Assembly (NCBI RefSeq): GCF_036588685.1
Contig: NC_086379.1
Coordinates: forward strand, 36,394,001 to 36,458,000
Direction: 5' to 3'
From: Mytilus trossulus
Taxonomy: Eukaryota
DNA length: 64,000 nucleotides
Positions 28,901 through 41,400 of the stretch are shown here, piece by piece. The position numbers and the translations under genes are program-made. The notes under the pieces were generated by a model. It saw only the letters and a list, made by a program, of their open reading frames with translations, had not been told where the DNA came from and did no database searches. How positions within the stretch are numbered: position 1 is the stretch's first letter; each line of letters opens with the position of its first letter.

Positions 28901-29153
28901 GTGGTAATGTCATTTAGTATGTAATCTTTCGTTGTATAAGCTTTACAAACACAAAAGAAATATACATGTTAATATAACAATATCATATAAATAATTTCAC
29001 TGATATCGCAATCTTTAAAATTGCAAAAAAAAAATACCCATTACCTATTGGGAGCAATTAGAATTTTAGAGACTTTTGATACTTACGGGCAGTCTGAGAA
29101 TCTGTGTATTCAAACACAAGTATTAGAAAACGAAAACATTGCAACGTTTTCAT
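16979..29153 (-). CDS. Short cadherin-related type I membrane protein (about 3 EC repeats; PCDH15/Cad99C/CDHR5-like). Exons 29153-29087, 28248-28168, 27027-26798, 25945-25880, 25424-25320, 23441-23337, 22140-22006, 20927-20760, 20476-20368, 19306-19173, 18486-18399, 17840-17718, 17020-16979; last exon uncertain (possibly from 16617)
   Basis: Phase-compatible exons give leader MKTLQCFRFLILVFEYTDSQ, LNRD, VDVQDINDNSPIF, VSVNE, AYDLDAD, LDFE, VSDGDDLGPVF, ARDQD and TM IVGAVLGILLAIVITILVILIM followed by KLR. These are canonical cadherin Ca-binding motifs. Confidence 0.88.
22279..23098. mobile_element. Young fold-back MITE with about 280-bp near-perfect TIRs and 8-bp TSD (hAT/P-type)
   Basis: GATGGACT|CACAGGCACTTGTCTC...GAGACAAGTGCCTGTG|GATGGACT; lies in a cadherin intron. 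Confidence 0.93.
25996..26327 (+). mobile_element. Near-complete retrozyme monomer with hammerhead at 26248-26293
   Basis: Reverse-complement match to the 358-bp unit at 47004-48085; CTGATGA/GAAA/GTC core intact, stem III loop ACGC. Antisense to the cadherin pre-mRNA. Confidence 0.9.
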
Positions 29154-30599
29154 TGCTGTCGTTTGGATGTTGGAGGTTGTTATCTACTCAACTTTATACC
29201 TAAAATGATGTATCAGGTAATTAGGATAATTTACAAGAAAACTCTGGGCTAGTATTTTTTTTGTCTGATATCAACAAATGCCTACCCTTATTTTATAAAC
29301 CTATTCCTTTTTTTTAATCTGCAGAAATTTCGGAACGTCTATTCACTGAATGTAGAGAAAAATCAGAATTGTTTGTTTTTATATTTATAATGATAATCAT
29401 AAAAAACAGATTTGGATAGTAGTGCATTACTTCTGCAAAGTTTATTCAGTTTACTAAACCAGGTTCAGTTCATAAGATTTTCAAGACTTTTGAAATGACT
29501 AAATGAAGTGCAATCTATTTTTTTTGCAGCCGACCCACATATAACAGTTAACTCACCATTTCTTCGTCTTTTTAAATTACCCTTATCTTTATTCCTAAAA
29601 AGCTATAAATATTTAGACATGTTGGAGTCTGAGTTAAGTATTAACCAAAATTGATACAAGAAACCGCAGTTTTTTGCTTTTATTCATTGTGTGTGTGCAG
29701 CGCGGCTGTTAGCAACACTTGTGTCCCTTTGAATTATTCTAGCTGTTCAGCTTTTATATTCGGTTTTGGTTTTCAAATATGTTGGTCTAGACCAAGTTTG
29801 AAAAAAGTATTAACAAAAAAACAATACACCAATGTTAATTTAAAAAAAGAGCAATCCATCTTTTTGCGTATTAAAAATAGAGTTTTCTTTTAATGAGATT
29901 GATTACTAGTGAATATAAAATAACGAAAATATCACAAATCATCAGGACACCATTTTAATTGATCTTGAGGGTATAGGATTTGAGGTTACGAAATCTGCAT
30001 GGGTTATGGTACTACTATCCGAGGTCCTTTACTGTGTTATATAAAGAATAAAAAAAACACTATTAAGTTGTGGAACATTTGATACCCCCTCCCTTGATTC
30101 CATCGACAGTCATATGAAACATGTACGCACTGGTTACTTTCATAATTGAAGAAATAACTCATTAAATAAAAAAAATAGATAATATAAATAAAAACAATTA
30201 CGTTAACATTATATAGTATGGTAACATTCCCTGTGCATAAATAATCATTCTCAGTGTACCATTATCAGTTGTAAATATTCAGTACGATATGACTTCATTG
30301 TATTATGAATATTGTTAAAACAATAAATGAATCATTTTGAAAGCTTTCACATTTACACATTACATGAATTATAGATAATTCATACCAAAGTAAGTATTAT
30401 ACAAATGTGGTGGATTACCAAAAATATGGAATAACATGGGCAGGAATACATAATATGACCCAACATTTTTAAAGGAAGAGTTACAACTGTTAAATGTTCA
30501 AAGATACCAGGCTTATGATTTTTTGCGGCAGACGTTAGTGGCATCTACATAAGAATTATCAGTGATGCTCAAATAAAAACATTTTGGAAGCTAAATCCA

Positions 30600-30920
30600 A
30601 TACGTTCCTATAACGCTCCTGTATAAAGTCATACTCATCTGAATTCAGGAACAAGTCGACAATAAGTTGACCAAAGTTGGATTCCATTGGAAGACCAATT
30701 GTTTGTTTTTTAAATACGTCTCCTTTACGTAAAACATATGTTGTCAATCAAGAAATCAGGCATATGGATAATGTGTCAGTTTCAGGAAATTTTTACTTGG
30801 TTCAGAGTGTTTGTTAACAAAAGTACGATGTATCTGACGCAAGATACTTGTATTGTCTTTGATCATCCTTTTTATGAAGCAAAGCAGGACCATCATTTCA
30901 AATTGTCTTTTAGTGTGGAA
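30600..30920 (-). pseudogene. Penelope-like element RT fragment
   Basis: QTIGLPMESNFGQLIVDLFLNSDEYDFIQ resembles the PLE RT motif QxxGIPMGxxxAPxxADLFL; homologous to the region near 63400-63620. Confidence 0.7.
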
Positions 30921-33900
30921 AAGGAAATTCGCATATGAAGTGTAGAAGAGAGGTAAAGAATACCAAAGGGACATTTAAACTCATTAGTTAGAAATAAACA
31001 ATGCCATTGCCAACCAAAAAAAAAGACAAAAAGACAAGCAACAATATACAAAACACAGAATAGAAAGTTAAACCCTCAGCAACACAAACCTCATAAAAAA
31101 ATTGGGTAGGTCAGATTCGGGGAAAAGAGGACGGGACTAGAACATGTCCGTAGTCATCTGTGAAACGGGTATTTCTGAGCGGTCAACCAGCTCGTGGTAG
31201 CGTACATAAAATTTACGAAGGGACGATTTCTTCCAAAAGTTCTGAACTAGATACCCCAATGATGAGTGTTGCCAAGTTTTGTTAAATTTGGTCTAGTTGT
31301 TTCAGAGATGAAGATTTTTGTAAAAGTAAACAGACGACGTCGGACGGCGGACGCTTAGTGATGAGAAAAGATCACTTTGCCCTTTAGGCCAGGTGATCTA
31401 AAAAAATGGGTCAAATGTTGTAATAAAATTGAGAATGGAAGAGACAACAACCTGAGCATAGAGCAGACAAAAGCAGAATGTCATCAAAAGGTCTTCAACG
31501 CAACGAGATCTTCCCGCACTCGGAGGCGTCCTCCAACTGGCCCATAAACAAATATATACTAGTTTAGTGAGAATGAACCCCATACTCAACTCTAAATTGT
31601 ACAAAAGAAACTAAAAGTTAAAAAAACATACAAGACTAACTAAGGCCAGAGTATATATGTGTTAAACATTGCTTACATTTAAAGTTTAAAATCTAATACA
31701 ATATTAAAGACCAATTTCTTTTTAATTGTCATGATCAGTTGTTTCGGGTTACATTGATTAAAACAATAAAGTTTGTTTTGTATGCGAAATAGTGATAATG
31801 TCGGGTGTTCAATTGGATAGTCTTAAAAGAAAATAAACATAAACTTTTTAACATTTGAAACAGAATGTTTTGATAAATAGAATACATTTAAATTTGATAG
31901 TTAAAACTTACCAGAAAAACAAACATAGGAAATATATTCAAAGCATTACAACGCACTTTTTCTGTTGTCAAATCCCTTTTCTGGATTAAGGGGATCTTTT
32001 ACTAACTTTGATATTACACTGATACAAATGTCAAATACATGTCAAATTAAAAAAATCTTCCGAATTCCATATCGTATGATTTGGCTACCATAACGTTAAG
32101 GAAGGAAATTCTTTTTGTATTAAGTTTTTGTGACATGTTTCACTTGAATAGATGTCGGTATTTAATTGACTTTAGTAAGTGTATTTTCACACAATTAGTA
32201 AACATCATTTTTTAAGCTTTTACATTGACTGCGATTGATCATGCGTGTAATTCACTTTGACAAATCTGTAAACATATTCTATTGGTAGAACTAACACATT
32301 GTTTTAAAACTAGTGTTATCATCTGAAATCTAACATTTAACAACCAAACACGCTATCAAAACGAAACAACACAGAACAATAGAGAAAATTGATGATGTTT
32401 CTGGTATCAGTAGTTTACAGATGCTCAAACTCCGTGATAATATTTAGATACAAACCAAGGTAAAATACAAAAAAACTGCTGAAATTGCAGGAACTCCTTA
32501 AAGATGTAGACCGGGTACTTAGACAGGGTTAACATCTTCTGGTATCTCCCATTCCCGAATCGCCAACCATAATGCGAACTAGAATCTACTCCAGGTTAAA
32601 ATGTGCCTGTCAAGATACATCTAGGTACAATCGGTAGAAATACAGATCTGACAGGGAAAACTCTTAAGTCTATACAGTGTGAACACTGTAAAAAAAGATA
32701 TTGCTTAAGATATTTAACGCTAAACGATAGGAAAAATAGTGGTTGAATTCATAAATTACTTGAAGATGCCTGCGGGATCGCGGTACAATTGGGCAAGTGT
32801 CGAAACAAAGCGTCTGGACACAGTAAAACGGTGGACACAACAATAAGATGGACACAGTCAGGATTTGGACACAGTTAAAACATGTCATGCTGTTCTTTTT
32901 AAAGTGATTATAATAATGAACATAAAAAGTGCCGATTCATCTCGTTTGGAAAATACCAATAAGTACTTCACGAAAAGTGTGGTAGTGTTTGATTTTCAGT
33001 ATATTTCTCCATTGTAACCCAATAACAGTATGAGCTACTTACAATTCGTTGATATTACCAAAAGGAATCAAAATGAGCAAAACAATCGAAAAAAAAAAAT
33101 CATCTTAATTGCATGAAAAAAATTTAATCTAAAGCACTATATCAGGAATCAACCTCTCTTGTATCTCAGAAACCGTTGACGCTACTACAAATACTTGAAA
33201 CACTCAAATTGCAGAATCCTATTAGCTATACAAAAAAAATCAATTTAAATATGTTGAAAATAACAAATCTGTATATTCAAATATGCACTGAACATGAGCG
33301 AGTTGTTTAAGAGAAGGATCGACAACGGTCTCCAAATTTTGATATTTTCTAATGAAAATGCCATTTTCTGTAGAAAAAATATTGTTTCAAAAACAAATTT
33401 AGGAAGTACAAAGCACTACATTTATACGTCATACAACACTTGTTTCCGACTCTGTATGGGACGGAGGAGTTTCGGCTCAATGAAATCGCTCGAACAGATT
33501 TTTCTATATGAAAACAATATTTTTAATTTCAAAAAAATAATCTTGTCTAAGTATATCTTTGACGTTCACTTTAAAGATTGATATTTAATGGTAGATAAGT
33601 AGACGTCATCTCTTAAATTTCCATAATGTATACAATACCAAGGTGTTTACTGTCAATCCTATTTCCATAATCAAACAGATTTTCAGAATTTCTCATTGCA
33701 AACATTTAATCATCTACATATAAAGGACTGTGTGTAATTACAAATTTTGATTTTTTTGAATTTCATTTATTATGGCGTTTCATTATCCAAATTTCGACTA
33801 GATATGTGCTATGTTTGTCAGCTTTAAATGTTTCAACAGTTTACGGTTAAATAAAGCCAAGTTCCACAGCACTGCAATTTTTTTTTTTGTTTCTCTGATT

Positions 33901-34457
33901 TTTGTGATTTACACATTTCCTGAGCGGTGTGAGTAAAAATGTTTCTGGTGAAATATCTGTTCTCAGCAAATGATTAGTAGAAATATTTTGACGTCACTTT
34001 TTCTTGGTATCGACAAGTCTCCCGATTTAAATATTTGAATTTAACTGTTTCAAATGGAGAAATATCGTAACACATTGCAGTGTTGAAATTCATATTTTCA
34101 TTTGCCCTCATGACTCGTGGAAACAAATGAAAAATATTACAGTAATATCCTCCTACAACATAGCTGTTACAATCAGATGATGTTTTCAAATAAATTTTAA
34201 TCAATGCCATATCAAACAATGTAGGGAGAAAACAAACTTTCGAGTTGATGTCGTTATGATTAGAGAAGAGAGGAAGGAATATTTTAAAGTAAAAATTTCC
34301 CATTCTGTAAGTAGACAAATGTAACTTCACATCAATATGACAAATCATTAGTATATTTTTAATATTGCATGATGCAGCTGTTAGAGGAATCATTTCAGGC
34401 GACAAATTACAGAAGTTAGAAAATAAAACGAACAACTGCATCTTTCCAACTATTACA

Positions 34458-37244
34458 ATGTCGACAATGCCGTTCTTCATTTTACTTTGCTTGTTTCACG
34501 TCGGACTAACGTGCCAGATAATAATTACTGGAAACAATACCGTAAGTTGTTGCACTGAACTGGAGAGGAAGGTTACAGAGCTCGGGACAAAAATCCAAAA
34601 CAATGCATTGAAGACTGAGGTTGAGGAGTTAAAAAATCGTACTGAGGTTATAGAAAATCAAAATAAAGGTAAGTAAAATATGGGCATAATTATTACACTT
34701 ATTTGAAGTCATTGGATACTATTTTAATCAAATGAGGAGTGTCTGATCCTTTTCCGAATAAAAGTAATGTAGGCCTCTAAACTATTCATTACAATGATTT
34801 ATTTGACCAAAATGACCGTTCAACATAGAAAAAATGACAAAAGGATATAATTTATTTCGAAAAATGGGAAATTTTGTATACCGTTATTTACAATTAGACC
34901 ATATCAATACAACTCAAAACAGATGTGCTGACTACACTCTGAGAGACAAACTCCACCAGCAGTGGCAAAAATTATTGGTTTTGACTAAACGCATCATTTG
35001 ATAACCATTTTGTTTACAAAAGATAAATATGACAAAAATGTAAATATTCTTCTATAAGAATCTGAGGGTAGAATTTATTTTCATCGGTATCTTTTGATAA
35101 CCACACAGAAAATAACGAATTTTGTTTTAAACCAAGCAGCCTTGGAGATAAAGGTTAGAGAGTTTGAGCGAAAAGTCAAAAGCAATGCTTTGATGGCAAA
35201 GGTTGATGAACCGAAGGAAAGTACTGACGTGAAACAAATTTGGAATAAAGGTGAGTAAAGTATGAGCATAATTTTAAATTAAGTTGAAGGCATTTAATAC
35301 ACATGTACTAATGTTATAACATACGGATTTTCCCCTAATAAATAGTAATGTTAGTCATTTTGAATACTAGTTATAATGTTCTATCTGACCAAACTGCACA
35401 TTAAAAGACGTGAATAACAGCTTTGTCTCTAAAGACTTGTCACTTTCAACATCATTTAAGGTTGCCTTAGGTTGTAACTTACTTATATTATCTAATAATG
35501 TTAAGCATATCATATATATGAGTGAGATTTAATGGATTTTTCTTTTTTTTTTTAAAGTGTTTTTCAAAAATACTACTTTTTAAACCTTCTGAGTGAATGT
35601 ATTTCAACATGTGTAGAATTAATATGAGAAAAACAGAACACTGTATTTTTCTAAACCAGTAGATATAGACAAAATATTGACTATTTATTCCTTTTCATTT
35701 GAGTACTGAACTTAATGTTAATTGATACATACCTACATTGTTAAATAGGATCGTGTGGTAAGAAGAATCTAGCGTTACATAAGACATGTAGACAAAGTTC
35801 ATATCACGAACACCATAAATGTGATAAGGCTGTCGATGGAGACCTCAGTAACTTTATACACACACAAATTACAATGAAAAATGGTACTTGGCACGGTGAA
35901 AGTTATCCGTATTTCTGGGTTGATCTGAACAACAGTTGTTTAATCAAACTAATCAAAATATACAACAGGAAAGAATGTTGTGGTAAGATTTCTATTAAAT
36001 ACAATTAAAGGATATTTATGTTATTTTATACAATATTAAACCAATTAGGAGAAATTTATATTCATGTTTGAGTGTGCATTTTTATAAATATGTAGGATCC
36101 TTTACTATAGATAATTTAGCTGATCTGTAACAATAACATCTTCATGCCTTATATATCATGTACTGTAGTACGCCGCTAGATTAAAACTGACGTGGAAAGG
36201 TAACACATGCCCACCGATAGCTCTTTTTATGAGAGCCCAGGTGGTCGTGTGGTCTAGCGGGACGGCTGCAGTGCAGGCGATTTGGTGTCACGATATCACA
36301 GTAGCATGGGTTCGAATCCCGGCGAGGGAAGAACCAAAAATTTGCGAAAGCAAATTTACAGATCTAACATTGTTGGGTTGATGTTTAGACGAGTTATATA
36401 TATTTATATATATATAAACGAGTCTAAATTGAAAACTATATATATAAATGCTTTCAAGTTTCATATTAATTACCTCTTGTTTTGATTAACAAGAATATTA
36501 AATCTCAATTTTACCTTAGCCATATTTGCCATAACATTGGACTTTGAGGTCTTCGATGCTTTCCAACTAAGTACTTTTTTGGTTTTATAATCGTTTTGAT
36601 ATGAGCGTCACTGATGAGTCTTATGTAGATGAAACGCGCGTCTAACGTATTGAATTATAAACCTGGTACCTTTGATAACTGTTTACTGTCCTATTCCTTA
36701 CTTGTTACAGGATATTTAAAGAAAAAACTGGTGGGTTAAACAGTTTTTTTCAAACAAATAAAATTGAGAATGAAAATGGGGAATGCATCAAAGAGACAAC
36801 ACGTCGACCACAGAGTAAAAAAAAAACACAAGTTAGCAAATACATACTTACTTTATTTATAAATCACTTAAAATACATTAAGAAAAAATCATAAAATGTT
36901 TCACATTTAGAATCAACAGAACTATTTTACGAATCCATAAATAAAATCGTAATAAGTAATCACACAATCATGTTATTCTTTAATGGAGCAATACTTCAAT
37001 GGTTTGTGTAGTTTACGTTTATTTTGTAGGCGATAGACTCCGCAATGTGGAAGTTACTATTGGACATTCATTATCTAATATGAAGTTATGTGGTTTCTAT
37101 AAAGGTCCAGCTGCAGACGGAGAAATTGTAAACATATATTGCAAAGTACCAATGGTAGCACGTTACGTCAAGGTGATGCTTAAGGAAAATAAAATAGAAG
37201 AAACAGTGATTAATTTTGCTGAAGTCGAAGTATTCGCTAAATAA
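34458..37244 (+). CDS. F-type lectin 2: secreted; exons 34458-34668, (35140-35250 extra coiled-coil exon), 35749-35982, 37030-37244
   Basis: Paralogous to lectin 1 exon by exon: MSTMPFFILLCLFHVGLTC leader, coiled coil, NLALHKTCRQSS...AVDG...HT...PYFWVDL...YNRKECCGDRL...EVEVF. Phase-1 GT-AG introns; AATAAA at the stop. Confidence 0.92.
36232..36400 (+). mobile_element. tRNA-derived SINE-like repeat
   Basis: Pol III A-box TGGTCGTGTGG and B-box GGTTCGAATCC with extended spacing, followed by a non-tRNA body and (TA)n. Confidence 0.65.
36603..36648 (+). ncRNA. Type I hammerhead ribozyme in last intron of lectin 2 (retrozyme remnant about 36510-36682)
   Basis: GCGTCA-CTGATGA-GTCT..AGAT-GAAA-CGCGCG-TC^TAACGT; core intact, stem I weakened. 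Confidence 0.7.
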
Positions 37245-37699
37245 AATAAAATAGAATGTGGTTTGTTTCTTTTATGTTTTTTTGTTATTTTTTCATTGAC
37301 AATCACTGTTTGTGATGTTGATCATTCCTGGTAACGCTTACGTTTTTTTTAGTATGTGGAAAAAAGAGGGACGAAAGATACCAAAGAGACAGTCAAACTC
37401 ATAAATCCAAAACAAAATGACAATGCCATGGCTAAAAATAAAAAAAGACAAAAAGACAAACAATATTACACAGGACACAACATAGAAAACTAAAGAATAA
37501 ACAACACGAACCCCACCAAAAACTAGGGGTGATCTCGGGTGCTCCGGCAGGGGACCCTTGTGTACTCTCGTATATTTATTGGAGGTGTCTGTTGTTATTC
37601 TGCGGTTTATATATTGTAATGTACTGTAACAACATTCATTGTGTATTTTTCTGTGCTATGTTTACTTACGTTTGTTTGTACTGTTTTCTTGTCGCGTAT

Positions 37700-38060
37700 T
37701 GGTGGTGGACCGTTAGTCTCCGAGGGTATCACCAGCCCAGCAGCCAGTACTTGGGTGCTTCGGTACTGGCATGAAAATACGGATTTTTATGTGTGGTTAA
37801 AATTTGCTGTTACCAAATTTTAGAAATTATTATAAATTAAGGAATGTATCTCCCTCATGCAAAGATCTGATTCTTTTCACGAATTTGGCTCTACTTTTTA
37901 GACCTTTTTGATTATAGCTCTTCATCTTGTATATGAGTATCACTGAAGAGACATATATTGTCGAAATGCGTATCTGGTGCAGGAAAATTGGTACCGTTAA
38001 TGTTATTTCTACCACTGGGTCGATGCCTTTGCTGGTGGATTGTTAGTCCACGAGGATATT
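37700..38060 (+). mobile_element. Second-family retrozyme unit with hammerhead at 37935-37980
   Basis: GTATCA-CTGAAGA-GACA(TATAT)TGTC-GAAA-T(GCGT)A-TC^TGGTGC; the GGTGGA..CCGAGGGTATC module appears at both ends, i.e. one full permuted unit. Duplicated at 39767-40050 (core 39928-39973). Confidence 0.8.
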
Positions 38061-38497
38061 AAGCGACCAACTATTAATCTATTCGAGGAAAACAATTAAA
38101 TTATTTGTTTTCCATAATGTGAATTCGGCACAAAGGAAAATCAACAGGATTTATTCAGCTCTAATTCGTTAACAGACTCCGTCGCCACATATAGGGTAAG
38201 AGTTGTTTCGTCACAATCTCTTGACTGTTAATGACGTCTTAAACTAAATCGGATAATCCAATGGATTCTTTATGTGTTCTGCTTGATTATTTGGTCTTAG
38301 ATGCATGATTTTTTTGGGTTGGTATTGACTTTGAACTAGCTGTCAGTAACTGCGAGTACACCCAGATCTGCACTCAATGCCTTTTTGTTATTGGCACTGG
38401 CTACGGTTACATGGAAATGAAACAATAATAAAATTATTATTGCTATATTGTTACATTGGAGACTAAATGCCGGAATGCATGGTTTGGTAAGGACCGG

Positions 38498-41400
38498 TGT
38501 CATATGGTATTTTGAACCCCCTAAAAATTGAACCCGGGTTCAAAATACCATGCGATAAAATGACCCCGGGGTCATGCGAGTACTCCCAGATCTGCACTCA
38601 ATGCCTTTTTGTAAAGTAAAATTTTCAAAATATCTTTTCCAGTATGTTAAATACATACAAACTACTTGTTGGAGTATAATAACTATGTTAAGAAGTTTAA
38701 ATAGCTAGAATTTTTGAAATTCAAGGTCTATAGTAGGGGTTCAAAATACCGCAGGGGGGTCAAAATACCATGGATATATTTTTTTTCAAAATGTCTTTTC
38801 CAGCATGTTAAATACATACAAACTACTTATAGGAGTATTATTACTATGTTAAGGAGTTAGAAAAACATGATTTTTTGAAATTTAAGGTCTATGGTAGGGG
38901 GTTCAATTTACCGCAGGGGGGTCAAAATACCATGGAAATTATTTTTTTTCAAAATATCTTTTCCAGCATGTTAAAAACATACAAACTACTTATAGGAGTA
39001 TTATTACTATTCAAAGGAGTCAGAATAACATGAATTTTTGAAATTTAAGGTCTATGGTAGGGGGTTCAATATACCGCAGGGGGGGGGGGTCAAAATACCA
39101 TGGCTAAGTAAAATTTTCAAAATATCTTTTTCCTTTTTATCTAACTCCTTAACATAGTTATTATACTCTGATAAGTAGTTTGTATGTATTTCACATACTG
39201 GAAAAGATATTTTGATAATTTTATTTTGCAATGGTATTTTGACCCCCTGCGGTATATTGAACCCCCTCCCATAGACCTTAAAGTTCAAAAATTCTTGCTA
39301 TTCTAACTCTGTAACATAGTTGTAATACTCTAATTTGTAGTTTGAATGCATTTAACTTGCTTGAAAAGATATTTTGAAGAAAAAAAAATCCATTGTATTT
39401 TGACCCCTCCCCCTTCCATGGTATATTGAACCCCATCCTATAGATCTTCAATTTAACAAAATCCACCTATTCTCAATCCCTTAAATAGTAATAATACTCC
39501 AATTAGTAGTTTGTATTCATGTATTTAAAACTGGGAAAGATATATTGAAAAAAAATAATTTCCATGGTATTTTGACCCCACTGCGGTATATTGAACCCCC
39601 TACTTTAGACCTTTCATTTTAAAAGATCCAGATATTCTTAATCCTTAACATAGTTATAATACTCCAATAAGTAGTTTGTATGCATTAAACATGCTGGAAT
39701 AGATATTTTGAAGAACCAAAAAATGGTATTTTGACCCCACTGCGGTATATTGAACCCCCTACTATATTTGCTGTTACCAAATTTTAGAAATTATTATAAA
39801 TTAAGGAATGTATCTCCCTCATGCAAAGATCTGATTCTTTTCACGAATTTGGCTCTACTTTTTAGACCTTTTTGATTATAGCTCTTCATCTTGTATATAA
39901 GTTTTGGATTTCAAATATTTTGGCCACGAGTATCACTGAAGAGACATATATTGTCGAAATGCGTATCTGGTGCAGGAAAATTGGTACCGTTAATGTTATT
40001 TCTACCACTGGGTCGATGCCTTTGCTGGTGGATTGTTAGTCCACGAGGATATTAAGCGACCAACTATTAATCTATTCGAGGAAAACAATTAAATTATTTG
40101 TTTTCCATAATGTGAATTCGGAACAAAGGAAAATCATCAGGATTTATTCAGCTCTAATTCGTTAACAGACTCCGTCGCCACATATAGGGTAAGAGTTGTT
40201 TCGTCACAATCTCTTGACTGTTAATGACGTCTTAAACTAAATCGGATAATCCAATGGATTCTTTATGTGTTCTGCTTGATTATTTGGTCTTAGATGCATG
40301 ATTTTTTTTGGTTGGTATTGACTTTGAACTAGCTGTCAGTAACTGCGAGTACACCCAGATCTGCACTCAATGCCTTTTTGTTATTGGCACTGGCTACGGT
40401 TACATGGAAATGAAACAATAATAAAATTATTATTAATAAATGGCTAAGTAAAATGTTCAAAATATCTTTTTCCTTTTTATCTAACTCCTTAACATAGTTA
40501 TTATACTCTGATAAGTAGTTTGTATGTATTTCACATACTGGAAAAGATATTTTGATAATTTTATTTTGCAATGGTATTTTGACCCCCTGCGGTATATTGA
40601 ACCCCCTCCCATAGACCTTAAAGTTCAAAAATTCTTGCTATTCTAACTCTGTAACATAGTTGTAATACTCTAATTTGTAGTTTGAATGCATTTAACTTGC
40701 TTGAAAAGATATTTTGAAGAAAAAAAATTCCATTGTATTTTGACCCCTCCCCCTTCCATGGTATATTGAACCCCATCCTATAGATCTTCAATTTAACAAA
40801 ATCCACCTATTCTCAATCCCTTAAATAGTAATAATACTCCAATTAGTAGTTTGTATTCATGTATTTAAAACTGGGAAAGATATATTGAAAAAAAATAATT
40901 TCCATGGTATTTTGACCCCACTGCGGTATATTGAACCCCCCTACTTTAGACCTTTAATTTTAAAAGATCCAGATATTCTTAATCCTTAACATAGTTATAA
41001 TACTCCAATAAGTAGTTTGTATGCATTAAACATGCTGGAATAGATATTTTGAAGAACAAAAAAATGGTATTTTGACCCCACTGCGGTATATTGAACCCCC
41101 TACTATAGAACTTGAATTTCAAAAATTCAAGCTATTCTAACTCCTTAACATAGTTATTATACTCCAACAAGAAGTTTGTGTGTATTTCACATACTGGAAA
41201 AGATATTCTGATAATTATACTTAGCCATGGTATTTTGACCCCCCTGCGGTATATTGAACCCCCTACTATAGACCTTGAATTTCAAAAGTTCAAGCTATTC
41301 TAACTCCTTCACAAAGTTAAAATACTCCAATAAGTAGTTTGTATGTATTAAGCATACTGGAAAAGATATTTTGCTAAATTTTACATAGCCATGGTATTTT

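Noticed and set aside
31900-31990. Upstream coding exon of the cadherin
   Set aside because: A donor-like site exists (also near 29557), but I found no phase-compatible signal peptide; at most 5' UTR exons, and not supportable without transcripts.
33974-34480. 168-aa minus-strand ORF
   Set aside because: No domain signature; overlaps the lectin 2 promoter and first exon in antisense.
36232-36330. tRNA gene
   Set aside because: A and B boxes are present but I could not fold a canonical cloverleaf, and there is a non-tRNA tail; better explained as a SINE head.
39052-40806. Duplicated small ORF pairs
   Set aside because: Products of the local duplication of non-coding 120-bp repeats.
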